Assembly: GCA_951406725.2 (NCBI GenBank)
Contig: OX597816.1
Coordinates: 6,510,001-6,574,000 of the forward strand
DNA from: Octopus vulgaris
Taxonomy: Eukaryota
DNA: 64,000 bases
Reading direction: 5' to 3'
Each line of letters opens with the position of its first letter. The stretch's first letter is position 1. Below the pieces are notes generated by a model that was not told the origin of the DNA, searched no databases, and saw nothing but the letters and a program-made list of their open reading frames with translations. Below, one piece after another: positions 24,756 to 38,524 of this stretch. Both the position numbers and the translations under genes were made by a program.

Positions 24756-25356
24756 CCTATTTCTTTACTACCCCCAAGGGGCTAAACACAGAGGGGACGA
24801 ACAAGGACAGACAAACGGATTAAGTCGATTACAGCGACCCCAGTGCGTAAATGCTACTTAATTAATCGACCCTGAAAGGATGAAAGGCAAAGTCTACCTC
24901 GGCGGAATTTGAACACAGAACGTAACGGCAGATGAAATACCTATTTCTTTACAACCCACAAGGGGCTAAACACAGAGGGGACAAACAAGGACAGACAAAC
25001 GGATTAAGTCGATTACATCGACCCCAGTGCGTAAATGCTACTTAATTTATCGACCCCGAAAGGATGAAAGGCAAAGACGACCTCGGCGGAATTTGAACCC
25101 AGAACGTAACGGCAGATGAAATACCTATTAATTTACTACCCACAAGGGGCTAAACACAGAGGGGACAAACAAGGACAGACAAACTGATTAAGTCGATTAT
25201 AGCGACCCCAGTGCGTAAATGCTACTTAATTTATCGACCCTGAAAGGATGAAAGGCAAAGTCGACCTCGGCGGTATTTGAACCCAGAGCGTAACGGCAGA
25301 CGAAATACGGCTACGCATTTCGCCCGGCGTGCTAACGTTTCTGCTAGCTCGCCGCC
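24756..25356 (-). mobile_element. SINE family M trimer with a 15-bp TSD
   Basis: TSD atacattcataaata (24741-24755) / atactttcataaata (25357-25371). Three ~184-bp bodies and one head. Confidence 0.92.
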
Positions 25357-25417
25357 ATACTTTCATAAATATATCAACATCGAATGTTCCTGATACCAAT
25401 ATATTACCTCTATCCGG

Positions 25418-25640
25418 AAGGTGGCGAACGGGTAGAATCGCTTAGTACGCCGGACAAAATGCTTAGTAGCATTTCGTCCTTTTCCACATTCTGAGTTCAA
25501 ATGCCACCAAGGCAGACTTTGCCTTTCATTTTTTTCGGGTCGATAAAATAAGTACCAGTTGAATACTGGAGTCGATCTAATAAGCTTACGCCCTCCTCCG
25601 AACTTGCTGGCCTTGTGCCAAAATTTGAAGCCAATATATT
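25418..25640 (+). mobile_element. SINE family M, tail B
   Basis: Core present, with tail ggccttgtgccaaaatttgaagccaata. The flanking ccaatatatt(a/g)cctct is repeated. Confidence 0.8.
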
Positions 25641-25811
25641 GCCTCTTCAGGATATGAAGATAGAACTTTTTAAAAATCCCAGAAATACAGAATGGATTAT
25701 TTGTAAAATATATGAAAATAAATCCCTAGAATTAGACCAGGTGTTATTGTCACGTTCTAATTCTGTGCCATCGAAATCAAAGGTTTACTAACGGGGACAG
25801 CGCCTGTATAT

Positions 25812-25913
25812 CACCTGAGGAGATACAACTGGATCCCATTATACAGGTAAACCGCTGGTTAATTTAAATTCTGCGCATATGTGGATTTATATTGAATCGA
25901 AACGTGTGTAGTG
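25812..25913 (+). ncRNA. Candidate minimal type I hammerhead ribozyme motif (Penelope pLTR-like)
   Basis: cac CTGAGGA gatacaa...ttgaatc GAAA c gtgt g TA gtg: complete core, stem II base pairing 6 of 7, stem I 3 bp. Confidence 0.55.
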
Positions 25914-25961
25914 TTTATTAAATACCTGTCTTAATACCTGTTGACTCTATTATATTCAGTC

Positions 25962-26025
<64 letters not shown>

Positions 26026-26057
26026 ATTTATGTGTGTGTGTGTGCATTTATGTATGT

Positions 26058-26147
<90 letters not shown>

Positions 26148-26149
<2 letters not shown>

Positions 26150-26490
26150 GATACTGCATTGACGCAATTCTTAAGTGTCTACTAAATAACACCTAACCGC
26201 AACACCACTTCAGGTAGGTCGTCGGTTGAACTAATGTTTTCCAGGAAAGCAAGGTCAGTGTTTGACAAATTACTACCGGGAAGAAAAGAAAAAATGGTGA
26301 GAAATACCGAAAATAAAAAAAATACTTCAAAATCGGTGACAACGTGTTTTTTAAAATATACAGAAATGGAAAGGAAAGTTGGGAAGAAGGTATAGTCAGT
26401 AAAGGTTTAGGAAAAATAACGTACATGGTAAAAGGTCATGCGTGTGAACACAAAATACATTTAAACCAACTGGAAAAAAGATTTACGTAA
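26148..26490 (+). pseudogene. Gypsy/Ty3 integrase C-terminal relic
   Basis: Reads [42 protein letters not shown] and FKIGDNVFFKIYRNGKESWEEGIVSKGLGKITYMVK..HLNQL. Confidence 0.85.
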
Positions 26491-26664
26491 AAAAGAGTAA
26501 GACAAAAAGAAAACAAACAGAACTTTTGCAAATAGAGACAGAGCGAAAAAATATTTCAATTTTTCCCGGGAAATTAGGTAGAAATGTTTTTAAGTTTTTA
26601 AGGAGATGGTAATAAATATATAATAAATAAAAGAAAAATATTGACTCCAAGGAAAGTCAAGCTC

Positions 26665-27012
26665 AAAAGAGGGAGATGGCGTGGGGAAATCTTGACTCCT
26701 CTATGAGATAGCAGGTGAACAATCCTAAACTTTATAAAGGCGCATGCGTACTGGCAGTGCGAGGTAGTGTGGTGTGTGCAGTCGCATTTGCGAAGGCAGT
26801 CGTAGAAGTCGCTGAGAAGAGATATAAGTTTGTTACGCGTTTGTTACTGATTTAGTTTTTATAGTGTTATAACACTGTTACAGCGTAGTCTGTATGCAAA
26901 CTCAAGGATATAGGAGTTAGTATCTTTCTAATCCTTACGTCAAAGTTTTGTTTTTTCTTCGTATTAGAAAGTCCAAACAAGGTGAGAAGCCACTTTATGT
27001 ATGGCAGCGTAC
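26665..27012 (+). mobile_element. Polypurine tract and probable 3' LTR of the Gypsy relic
   Basis: aaaagagggaga directly followed by TG at 26677, with tataaa inside. The right end is uncertain. Confidence 0.55.
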
Positions 27013-27026
27013 ACACACACACACAC

Positions 27027-27070
<44 letters not shown>

Positions 27071-27268
27071 TAAAATGTTTCCGATCATCAGCTGGTAAAC
27101 TGAGCTAGTTTTCTTTGAAATATGAAATGAAAGTTCAGAGGAAACACTTATCTTTATGTTCTTTCGTTTTAGAAATTTTTGTGAACGACACCTGCGAAAA
27201 CGGCTGCCTAGAGCTCAACGCTTTTGATTTCATTTCTGATTTTCATGACAATATCATTTTAAAACGTC

Positions 27269-27373
<105 letters not shown>

Positions 27374-28449
27374 CACGACGGCTTTCATTGTGGTTTTCCG
27401 TCATCTAAATTCCACACATAAAATATAGATCCATCAAATAACTCAATCAAATTACTGACTCAACGTGTCGTATGATGGAATTGAACCCAAGGACCCCAGG
27501 GATTGCGAAATGATCATAGCCATGTCTGCACCTTGACACATATTTCAACAAACCAGCATGTGCAATTCAAAAATGCACCAGGCACGAATAGGATTTCTTA
27601 TGGTGTGTGTATGTGTGGCGAGGAGAAGGGGTTAGGGACAAACAGACAGGGACGCAGGTAGACAAAGACAGAGAGAGGGCAACAAGTACTGCCATAACGC
27701 TTACAATGAAGAGGACAAAAGATGCGAAAACTTTATTCCGAATATTTGGTTCTGTGAGAAAGTTTTTCAAACAAAAAGCGTTAATACTTCACGGGAACCA
27801 CTTTCTCTAGTCTAAGTTCTTGAGATGATAAAACTGGTACCAGTAATGTGGATGGTACACATCTATAGACCTTCTTTACAAAACTTCATTTTATATCCAA
27901 TCAAAATAAATCCTATTTTGGCGATATTTCTGTACACATTTAAGATTCTGCAGAATCTCTCCATTTAACTCTATGGTTCATCTCGCTGACCTATTCTTGG
28001 ACTAATCGCAGACATCTATTAATGGCACTTAGGTTATGCTGTTACTTCTTCGAATTAAGCTGCAATATTAACATCGCAATTGTGCTGTTCATGGTAAGTG
28101 TTATTAACGATATAGGGGCGGTGAGGTGGGGTATCTGGAGATAACACATGTATACAGACGCCTCAGTATATGGCAATATACATATATACATACGTGTGTG
28201 TGTGTCTGTGTGTGATTTGTCTTTTATACAGATATAAAGTTTTATACATAAATATTATATAAGAATATGTATACGAGGCGGGGGAAGCTGAGGAGAGAGA
28301 CACGGATGGAAAGGCATGGGTGAGTAGAACGATTTATACATATATGTGTGTGCATGTGTGTGTCTGTGAACAAGAAGGCCCGCGTGCGCACGCACACGGA
28401 TGTGAGTGTTTACACGCATATATATGTACATATATATATATATACATAC

Positions 28450-28750
<301 letters not shown>

Positions 28751-28777
28751 AAAGAATATATATATATATATATATAT

Positions 28778-28817
<40 letters not shown>

Positions 28818-29251
28818 GTTAGAGAAGGGAGGTGAGAAAGGGAGAGATATAGAGAAGATGAGAGGGAATCAAACCTCAACGAACTCCTCATACACACCCC
28901 ATACACTCACCGCCACACACTCACTCCCACCCAAAAGTATAATTGCGTCTCTATGAATGCGTGTTCGCCCCTGTTTTTAATCATTTAAATTCTTCCACTG
29001 AGGAAGGAACTGGTTTCGAACAAAGATACAAAACTCCATCGTTTGGAATGTCAATAACGGAAACAAAGCCTCATCTTAAAGTAGAGAAAATTATTGCATA
29101 TTTTCCATCGAAGTAAATCTTAGTTTAGATGTAGAGTCCAAGTAAAATGAGAGGAGTACTTATCTCTTCGTGGTGTTGTAATGCTGTTTTCGTCGATAGC
29201 GGTGTTATTAATTTCAGCCATGATCGTGTTAGCGCGAAATTCTACGTGATA

Positions 29252-29654
29252 TCTTTATACATAAAAGAGAGGTTGTGTGCTGTCTGTCTCCTACGATTTA
29301 GATTCCTAACTACTCCCACATTTTGCGGTGCAGTTTAACCAAAACCGGGTATCTTATAGTCGTGATTCATATCGAGCCCTTCTGGGTATTAGCGCGCGTC
29401 TACGATGAGTCTACGATTTTTAAAAAAAATTACCATCATTTTTTTCCATTTTAATGCATTTTTTCGCTATTATATAAGGGAAGTAACTCTCTAAAAATGT
29501 CTACGATGAGTCAACGATTTTTTAAAAAATTTACCATCATTTTTTTTTTCCATTTTTAATGGATTTTTTTGCTAATTTTTGGCAATAACTCTCTAAAAAT
29601 GCTTATATAGTTATTTCCCTTACAAACCCGAGCAACACCGGGCGATACTGCTAG
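29252..29654 (+). mobile_element. Non-autonomous Helitron, copy 3 (internal-duplication subtype)
   Basis: A|TC...CTAG|T with the 3' hairpin. The segment ctacgatgagtc...aactctctaaaaatg is present twice. Confidence 0.9.
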
Positions 29655-30232
29655 TAAGGTATATTTTCTTTTAATTCTGTTGCATTGGTAAATGAAAGGT
29701 GTTTTTCCTTTTTATATTGGGAGAAATAAACTAGTTATCGATTAAGGGTGGAGGAGTCAGCATAAATGTAGGCGAAAACGTTCAAAACGAAATTTTAAAT
29801 GGTCCTTTATGCCTGCACGCCTGACGTTGACGGTGCCATCTTGTGCAGTGTATGCATGTATGTATGTGCGTGCGTGCTTGCGTGTGTGTGTGTGTGTGTG
29901 TTCTCTTCCGAGTAAGGAGCTGCTTTCTCACAAAGATACTAAGCTCCATCGTTAGAATCTTGATAGCAAAAACAAATTCACATTTTAAATTTGACAAAAG
30001 TTTTGCATATCTTTACCGTTCCACTTTCCGATTCTACTCATAATGTGTAAATTAGCTAGTTTCTTTTTCTGAAAACCCTAGCTTTTCCCCGATTGTCAGT
30101 CAAGCATTTATTCACAAAACCAAGTGAATTTATAATTTACATACATACATACATATTTTGATTTTGTAAGCATGTCCACGAGTGTTTGACATAAGGAATT
30201 GAAAAAAGTGCCCAGATTGTTGCTGGAAAGCT

Positions 30233-30642
30233 TGTGTATGTTTGTATGTATGTATGTATGTATGTATGTATGTATGTATGTATGTATGTATGTATGTATG
30301 TATGTATGTACGTACGTATGTATGTATGTATGTATGTATGTATGTATGTATGTATGTATGTATGTATGTATGTATGTATGTGTATGTATGTATGTATGTA
30401 TATATGTATATATGTGTGTGTGTATGCATGTCTGTATGTATGTATGTATGTATGTATGTATCTATGTATGTATATATGTATATATGTGTGTGTATGCATG
30501 TCTGTATGTATGTATTTATGTATGTATGTATGTATGTATGTATGTATGTATGTATGTATGTATCTATGTATGTATATATGTATATATGTGTGTGTATGCA
30601 TGTCTGTATGTATGTATTTATGTATGTATGTATGTATGTATC
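30233..30642. repeat. (TATG)n compound microsatellite with higher-order repeated interruptions
   Basis: The block gcatgtctg occurs three times. Confidence 0.95.
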
Positions 30643-30750
30643 TGGGTACAGAAGCTGGAGGTTTCGAAGCAGCTGTCCATAGTTTTCCTCTTTCTCGTTA
30701 ATTTTCAACGAGATATTTATATCAGCAAGATAGCTGACAGAACATACTTT
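30640..30750 (-). mobile_element. Short fragment of the TACA-associated RLE LINE family
   Basis: ADINISLKINEKEENYGQLLRNLQLLYPD runs straight into (TACA)n and is homologous to the 15.5-15.7 kb fragment. Confidence 0.7.
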
Positions 30751-30799
30751 CTCTTGTCTGTCTCAAAAAACAATAACCGATTTGTTATATTTACACTTG

Positions 30800-31780
30800 A
30801 TAGAAGTCTTGAAGGCAATGTTCGACCAATATTCCTTGTGTTGCTGTTTCTGTGCGTGCTCAACAACAGGGGAGTTTTCAATATTTATTCCAGGACTGTC
30901 TTTTTTCCGAATGCCGATGTTTTTACCACAACATGGAACCCTTATCTTGCTCAGCATATCAATCTCCTGGAAACTATTCAGTGACGAGCAGCCAAACGAA
31001 TACCCGCCGTCAGGCATCTACCATACTCTGAACGTTTTGTTTCCCTGGGCGTGGACACATTAAAGCTCCGATGTCTGGCAACCGACTTGTCAGACACCCA
31101 CAAGATTATCACCCAGGTTTCTAGCAACAATCTTGGGCACTTTTTTCAGTTCCATGTGTCAAATACTCGTGGACATGTTCACAAACTCAAAAAGCAACAC
31201 ACCACTGATGACTTTCAGAAACATTTTCCCATGCTTGGAATTGCTGGAACATGGAATAAACGACCCACATCAGTTGTTAGCAGTCGAGACCAGAGTTGGA
31301 TTAAGACCCATCGTGGCCCTAAGCACTTAAAAGATTTTGGTGCCCCCATAAAAGATTATGTAATTCAAAATATAAACAATAACAAACCATAAAATAATTT
31401 TTATAATTTCTCAAAACAGTAAGAGGGGAAAATAATGTTTATTTTTGTTTGTCTCCACTTTATTTATATTTGAAAAGTTTTCTCCTACTTTTTTAAATTG
31501 CAAAGTCTTTGATCAGATTCTGAAAATTAATCTTAGGTAACATATCTCCATCTATACTAAGTAGAGACAAAGGCAGCCCGAATATTCTTTTAGCAAATTT
31601 AAAGTGATTTCTTTTGTGCCGTCAACCATTTACCATTTCTGTAGTGACCCCTCCTTCCCTTGATGCCATAAGCACGTGCTTATTTTGCTTAATGGTTAAT
31701 CCAGCACTGGTCGGGAAACTGCATCCTTCAAAACTCCCATGCTACCTGAAATTTGCCAACAATGCACCTGATGTCGCCCT
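30800..31780 (+). mobile_element. CR1-clade LINE 3' relic interrupted by a hAT MITE
   Basis: WNPYLAQHINLLETIQ*RAAKRIP..LPYSER..DTLKLR..SNTRGHVHKL..WNK.P.SVVSSRD, resuming TASFK after the MITE. A tiny inverted sister piece lies at ~30160-30225. Confidence 0.85.
31291..31709 (+). mobile_element. hAT-like MITE
   Basis: TIRs cagagttggattaa / ttaatccagcactg and an 8-bp TSD gtcgagac / gtcgggaa. Confidence 0.8.
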
Positions 31781-31873
31781 TTTTTGTAGTGTATACGACA
31801 ATTTCATTATATATAGGAAGGTAGTACCTTGATGGCATATTTGAGCAGCTATGTGTGTGTGTGTGTGTGTGTA

Positions 31874-31934
<61 letters not shown>

Positions 31935-32141
31935 ATCAAAACAGGAATATTGAAAGATTTTTTGGTATTATCTATTCCCCATTACACGTTTCATTTGCTA
32001 GAAATTACAGTCTTGTACATAGATAGATAACTAGATAGATAAATAGATACATACATACATACATACATGCATTTATATATACATATACATAATACACTCG
32101 TAGACACACACACATACATATATATATACACACAGTAGTAT

Positions 32142-32192
<51 letters not shown>

Positions 32193-32511
32193 CAGCAGCA
32201 GCAGGAGGGGGAAGGATTATTAGATCAACGTAGTATCTACAATACGTCCGTAAATGTTGGGGAAAACGAGAGAGAGGCTTGAAAGTGGTGTAATTATTAT
32301 AGCGAAATATAATTATTTGCACGGCTATAAACAGAAGCAGAAAGCAATAACGGCGATACTAAGAGAGGCCGCACTTTTAGCAAAACCAATCTAAATGATA
32401 AGGCCATAAACACATGAGGAATTAATTCGCGATTTATCTATTAATACATTGATTGACTGGGCAGTGCATAGGTCACAGATAAATGTGTGTACTATGTATA
32501 TGTATATATGT

Positions 32512-32997
<486 letters not shown>

Positions 32998-33235
32998 ACA
33001 AGTATGTATGTATGTATTTATGTATCAATCTATCATTCTAAGTACAAGATTGTAATTTGTAGTTAAATGCTCGAAACACGAGACTAGGGTCGTCCTTTAC
33101 GTTGTTTGTTTTGTTTTCCATTTGTGTCTTTGGTTCTTCGAAAGAATAATTTATGTTCCATGTACTCGTGCTTCGTACTTTTTTTGTTTCGTGACGTCCT
33201 ATACCCACATATGCATATATACACACGTATAAACG

Positions 33236-33510
33236 TTAAGTTAAGTTAGTTAAGTTAATTTTTTGGCTCAAAAAACAAAAAGCAAGGCCATGTAGGGGGA
33301 CATGGAGTTATGTACAGAGTGGTGTTCACGCAAAGAGTTCAGGCCATTTGTGGTCAAGGGAGACTTTGAACCGAGCGGTCGTCGGCATCTTCACTATCTC
33401 GTCCGGCAGCTTATTCCACGGATCCGCAACCCGGACGGAGAAAGCCCCTCTCCCTCGATTGAGATGAAATCGTCGCAGATAGAGCTTTTCGGAGTGACCC
33501 CGCAGCCGAT
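33236..33510 (-). mobile_element. CR1-clade LINE 3' end (second family)
   Basis: RLRGHSEKLYLRRFHLNRGRGAFSVRVADPWNKLPDEIVKMPTTARFKVSLDHKWPELFA*, then a short UTR and an (aactt)n tail. Confidence 0.88.
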
Positions 33511-33531
33511 GTACATATACGTATGTATATA

Positions 33532-33594
<63 letters not shown>

Positions 33595-33688
33595 GAATGG
33601 AGTTGAACGACGAATTAACAAAATTCCTTTATTTTCGACATATGTCGAAAATAAAGGAATTTTGTTAATTCGTCGTTCAACTCCATTC
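33595..33688. repeat. Perfect 94-bp spacerless palindrome
   Basis: gaatggagttgaacgacgaattaacaaaattcctttattttcgacat|atgtcgaaaataaaggaattttgttaattcgtcgttcaactccattc. Confidence 0.96.
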
Positions 33689-33836
33689 ATTAATATATTT
33701 ATATTTTAAAAAAAAAACATACAAATTTCCACACGAAAGCACGTAACTTCAAACGTGTCTTCTCTGATGTGAATTTGCTACCCGGGTATCGGTTAACCGA
33801 ATTATCCATAACAAGATAATTCATTCAACTACTCAA

Positions 33837-33889
<53 letters not shown>

Positions 33890-34269
33890 CTAAATAGAAA
33901 GACTTAGAAAGACGACTCATTTTTAATGATTAATTACAATCGTTTCTGTACCAAATCGGTTTCAATCGCCAGTTCACGCAAAAGTTCAAAGGGAGATATT
34001 TTATGTAATATTTGTGGTTTTAAGCATTAAACATCCTCAGGCCAGCATTACACGTGCACTCTTACACTGTGTGTCTTACACGTCTGGTCGTTATATCTGA
34101 GTTATATCGTGAGGCATCAAAGACTAAATGAAGATGAAAATGTAAATAGACTGTGAAAAGAAGATCAAGGCGAGTAAAATATTAACTTGGAATCTTTGTG
34201 TGAACTGGTGTTGAGAGCAGAGATGGTACGGTCTCTCTTTGTCTTTTTATTTGGAGTATATTTTATTCT

Positions 34270-34369
34270 TCTCTAAACCCACACAACGCTAAGTTGCCGA
34301 GACGTAAACACGCCAACATCGGTTGCCATGCGATGTGGGGGCGGACACAGACGCAAAAACATGCACATA

Positions 34370-34404
<35 letters not shown>

Positions 34405-34556
34405 GACAGGCTTTTTTCAGTTTCCGTCTAACAAATCCACTCACAAGGCTTTGGTCGGCTAGAGGCAATAGCAGATGACACTTGCTCAAGGTGGCACGAA
34501 GTGGGACTGAACCGGGAACCATGCGATTGGTAAGCAAGCTTCTTACCACACAACCA
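34270..34556 (-). mobile_element. SINE family C, partial
   Basis: aaatccactcacaaggctttggtcggc and gtgggactgaacc. Confidence 0.85.
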
Positions 34557-35384
34557 CATACATACATACATACATACATACATTCATACATACATACATA
34601 CATACATACGCATGTATGTATGAGTATGTATATTCCCGTGGGTGATATTCTAATTCGACATCTGAATACAATCTGTCTACACCGATATTTATATTTTGTT
34701 AAAAACATATATAATCTACTATCTATATAGTTTTATATGCATTACTAATTTAGAACACTCGTTTCGTTTATATATAAATATACCCTGACTCATAAAAGCT
34801 TCCAATCAGCTGAACAGAGATCAATACATCTGAAGTTATCTTTGCTAAAAACACCAAGTTACCTCCATCTGATATGCATACATCGAACATTAAAAAAATT
34901 AGGAGCAATTTTCCACGTAAGAAAATTTTATTTACATACCAAACTTTTATTACAGCTTAATGGCCACAAAGAAATTTATATCAATACAGTTTATTTATTT
35001 AACTAACGATTATCTTCAGAGATTAGTATGAAATTTTTAAACGTGTCTTATCTTTTTTATTTTTCTTATAGAATTCGTTTTTCCGACTATTATCTGGTTT
35101 GTAAATATAGTTCTTTATAAATGTTCATGACTTTATTTGTACATCTACCAAAGTTGTGTTACTGTACTTATGTGATACCCAGTACATTTGTTTGTAAACA
35201 TAATCTGTAAATATATGCTTAACACTCGGTTAACATTAATTTTAATGATTTATGATCAAAACTAGCCAAAAACTATTCCGCTTATCTGTTCTTTTCAAGT
35301 ACATCTAGCACCATCTTTCCAAACGTCTCCTAATACTGTGATACTCTACAGACTTAGCTTCTGCTTCTAACAAGTCGAGTACTG

Positions 35385-35960
35385 GCATTCCGTCAATTTC
35401 GACGACGGTGAGTGTTCCACTTGGTGAAGGCGGCGAGCTGGCAGAAGCGTTAGCACGACGGGCGAAATGCTTAGCAGTATTTCGTCTGCCGTTACGTTCC
35501 GAGTTCAAATTCCGCCGAGGTCGACTTTGCCTTTCATCCTTTCGGGTTCGATAAATTAAGTACCAGTTGCGCACTGGGGTCGATGTAATCGACTTAATCC
35601 GTTTGTCTGTCCTTGTTTGTCCCCTCTGTGTTTAGCCCCTTGTGGGTAATAAAGAAATAAGAGTGTTCCAGTCGGTCCGATCAATGGAACAGCCTGCTCG
35701 TGAAATTAACATGCAATTGGTTGAGCACTCCGCAGACACAGGTACCCTTAACGTAGTTCTCAGGAAGATTCAGTATGGCACAGAATGTGACAAGGCTGGC
35801 CCCCATTGAATTACAGACAACTCATTTTTGCCAGCTGAGTGGACTGGAACAACGTGAAATAGAGTGTCTTGTTCAAAGACAAAACGCGCTACCAGGACTC
35901 GAACTCACGACCTTATGACAGTAAGCCAAATCCCCTAATCACTAAACCACGCGCCTTCAC
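35385..35960 (-). mobile_element. tRNA SINE (same family as 9430-10347) with a nested family M copy
   Basis: Head ends ccacgcgccttcac at 35960. The insert is flanked by gagtgttcca(c/g)t(t/c)ggt. Confidence 0.8.
35427..35660 (+). mobile_element. SINE family M, full copy, tail A
   Basis: Full head, core and tail, with a ~16-bp TSD. Confidence 0.92.
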
Positions 35961-36230
35961 TGACAGGTCGAGCAGCCATATGCAGATACACATCCGTTGC
36001 CTTATCCTTCGGTATATTTCTACGTTGTGGTTTTGTTTGTGACTGAATGACGCCGTTTCTAGAGAGTTTCAAGATCACGGTTCGATATTCGATAGCAGAA
36101 CATTCTATAAACGCATTAGTTTATCTTGCGTAGGTTTACGCCGCCCTTGTCAGTATTTTTCTTGAGAAAATAGTGTAGACGGCTCTTGGCTTCCGATACA
36201 CACGTATACACACACACATGAATATACATA

Positions 36231-36628
36231 TATTTATATATAAAAGTCAAGTTGTGTGTCTGTCTCCTACGATTTAGATTCCTAACTACTCCCACATTTT
36301 GCAGTGCAGTTTAACCAAAACCGGGTATCTTATAGTCGTGATTCATATCGAGCCCTTCTGGGTATTATCGCGCGTCTACGATGAGTCTACGATTTAAAAA
36401 AAAATTACCATCATTTTTTTCCATTTTAATGCATTTTTTCGCTATTATATAAGGGAAGTAACTCTCTAAAAATGTGTACGATGAGTCAACGATTTTTAAA
36501 AACATTTACCATCATTTTTTTTGCATTTTTAGTGCATTTTTTTTGCTATTTTTTGGCAATAACTCTCTAAAAATGCTTATATAGTTATTTCCCTTACAAA
36601 CCCGAGCAACGCCGGCCGATACTGCTAG
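36231..36628 (+). mobile_element. Non-autonomous Helitron, copy 4 (internal-duplication subtype)
   Basis: Same body as copy 3, with the 5' TC changed to TA. The hairpin and CTAG|T end are present. Confidence 0.88.
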
Positions 36629-36803
36629 TATACAATCATCCCTTACCATATCGCGGTTTATTGTTTAAGCTTACATCGATTCCTCCATGGTGTTGTTTTG
36701 CATTTATAATAAAATAAATAAATACAAATTATAAAAATAATAGAAAAAATATACAGTACAGTACTGTTTCTACTTCGCGGAGCACATAAATGTGAAACAA
36801 AAG

Positions 36804-36889
36804 CTGTTACTCAGAGTTTCACGTTCTCGTTCGTCGGACAGTTTTGTTAGACGACGAACGGGAGCGTGAAACTCAACTCTGAGTAACAG
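36804..36889. ncRNA. Inverted pair of minimal hammerhead-like motifs (Penelope pLTR-like)
   Basis: Minus 36804-36841: ctgt CCGACGA acg agaa cgt GAAA ctc t gag TA acag. Plus 36851-36889 is a degenerate mirror copy, followed by aataaa and (TA)n. Confidence 0.55.
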
Positions 36890-36922
36890 TTTTTGTGATT
36901 TTTTGCTGCTTTTTAATAAAGT

Positions 36923-36975
<53 letters not shown>

Positions 36976-37067
36976 TAGATAGATAGATACATACATACAT
37001 ACATACATACATACATACATACATACATACATACATACATACATACATACATACATACATACATACA

Positions 37068-37099
<32 letters not shown>

Positions 37100-37378
37100 C
37101 ATACATACATACACGCGCACACACATACACATAGGTATGTATGTATATATAATTAGTCTTCGTATGAAATGGAATATCGGTTACATGGTAGTTATCTGGT
37201 GAGAGTGAAATGTGTGAAACAAATGTGAGAATCTACATTAAGATAATTTGATATTTTGGTAAAATTATGATGCCAGCAGTTTTAGAGTCTGGAAATCAAT
37301 TCTTATGCTTTGGATTATAGGCGCGAAATGTTTTGAGGGAGAAGACTAACAAAGTCTAGAGGTGTAGTTAATGCATAT

Positions 37379-37458
<80 letters not shown>

Positions 37459-37464
37459 TATGTG

Positions 37465-37534
<70 letters not shown>

Positions 37535-37799
37535 CATATAAGCACACATACACATTCATATATATGTAATCAATTTGCCAGCCTCATTAGAGGTGTCTAC
37601 ATCACTTGACTAAACCGAGCAGAAGAAGTAATCGTTCTGTTTATATACACAACAAATCCATTAACTTCAGAGAATTGGAACAGCTAATTTGCATATTATC
37701 AGTGTTTAACACATTGAAGACATACCTCTATACGCCTATGTGTGTGTACGTGTGTGTATGCCTGTATGTATATATACATATACACATACATATACACAT

Positions 37800-37861
<62 letters not shown>

Positions 37862-37864
<3 letters not shown>

Positions 37865-38070
37865 GTAAATTCCAAAAGAAAAATGAAAAACAAGCACAAG
37901 AAAAAAACAATACGAGGACTTCGTACGTGCAAGCTATTGGCAGACGCTCAGGGAACGAAAGAAAGGTGGCTTTTCGTTTCGAGCAAAGCCCTTCTCCAGA
38001 AACAGGAGACAAAAGAAAGTCCAAGAGAAAAGGAAGACGGAGGAAAAAAATCGGCAACGATTCACGATGT

Positions 38071-38073
<3 letters not shown>
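37862..38073 (-). mobile_element. Penelope-like pLTR relic in (TA)n
   Basis: The minus strand reads CTGGAGA agggc ttt gctc GAAA cg, a degenerate hammerhead core. Long (TA)n tracts lie on both sides. Confidence 0.45.
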
Positions 38074-38145
<72 letters not shown>

Positions 38146-38160
38146 TATAGGTATAGATAT

Positions 38161-38194
<34 letters not shown>

Positions 38195-38307
38195 TGGCCT
38201 GCTCGCTTAGCCAGCGGGGTGGCGTCATTCGAAGGCTAAAAAACAATGCGAACGCATTGTGACCAGCGATGTGTAACTACATCTGATGGACTGGTCGGTC
38301 ACGTGAT

Positions 38308-38373
<66 letters not shown>

Positions 38374-38377
<4 letters not shown>

Positions 38378-38489
38378 CCTTCAGCAAGTGTCTTCTACTA
38401 TAGCCTCGGGCCAACCAAAGCCTTGAGAGTGGATTTGGTAAATGGAAACTGAAAGAAGCCCGTCGTATATATGTACATATGTGTGTGTG

Positions 38490-38524
<35 letters not shown>

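Noticed and set aside
30130-30984. ORFs of 146-261 aa
   Set aside because: (TATG)n read-through joined to LINE fragments.
33890-34050. Minus-strand hammerhead (CTGAGGA tgt...aca GAAA c gatt g TA)
   Set aside because: No stem I pairing was found; at best a decayed Penelope-like end.
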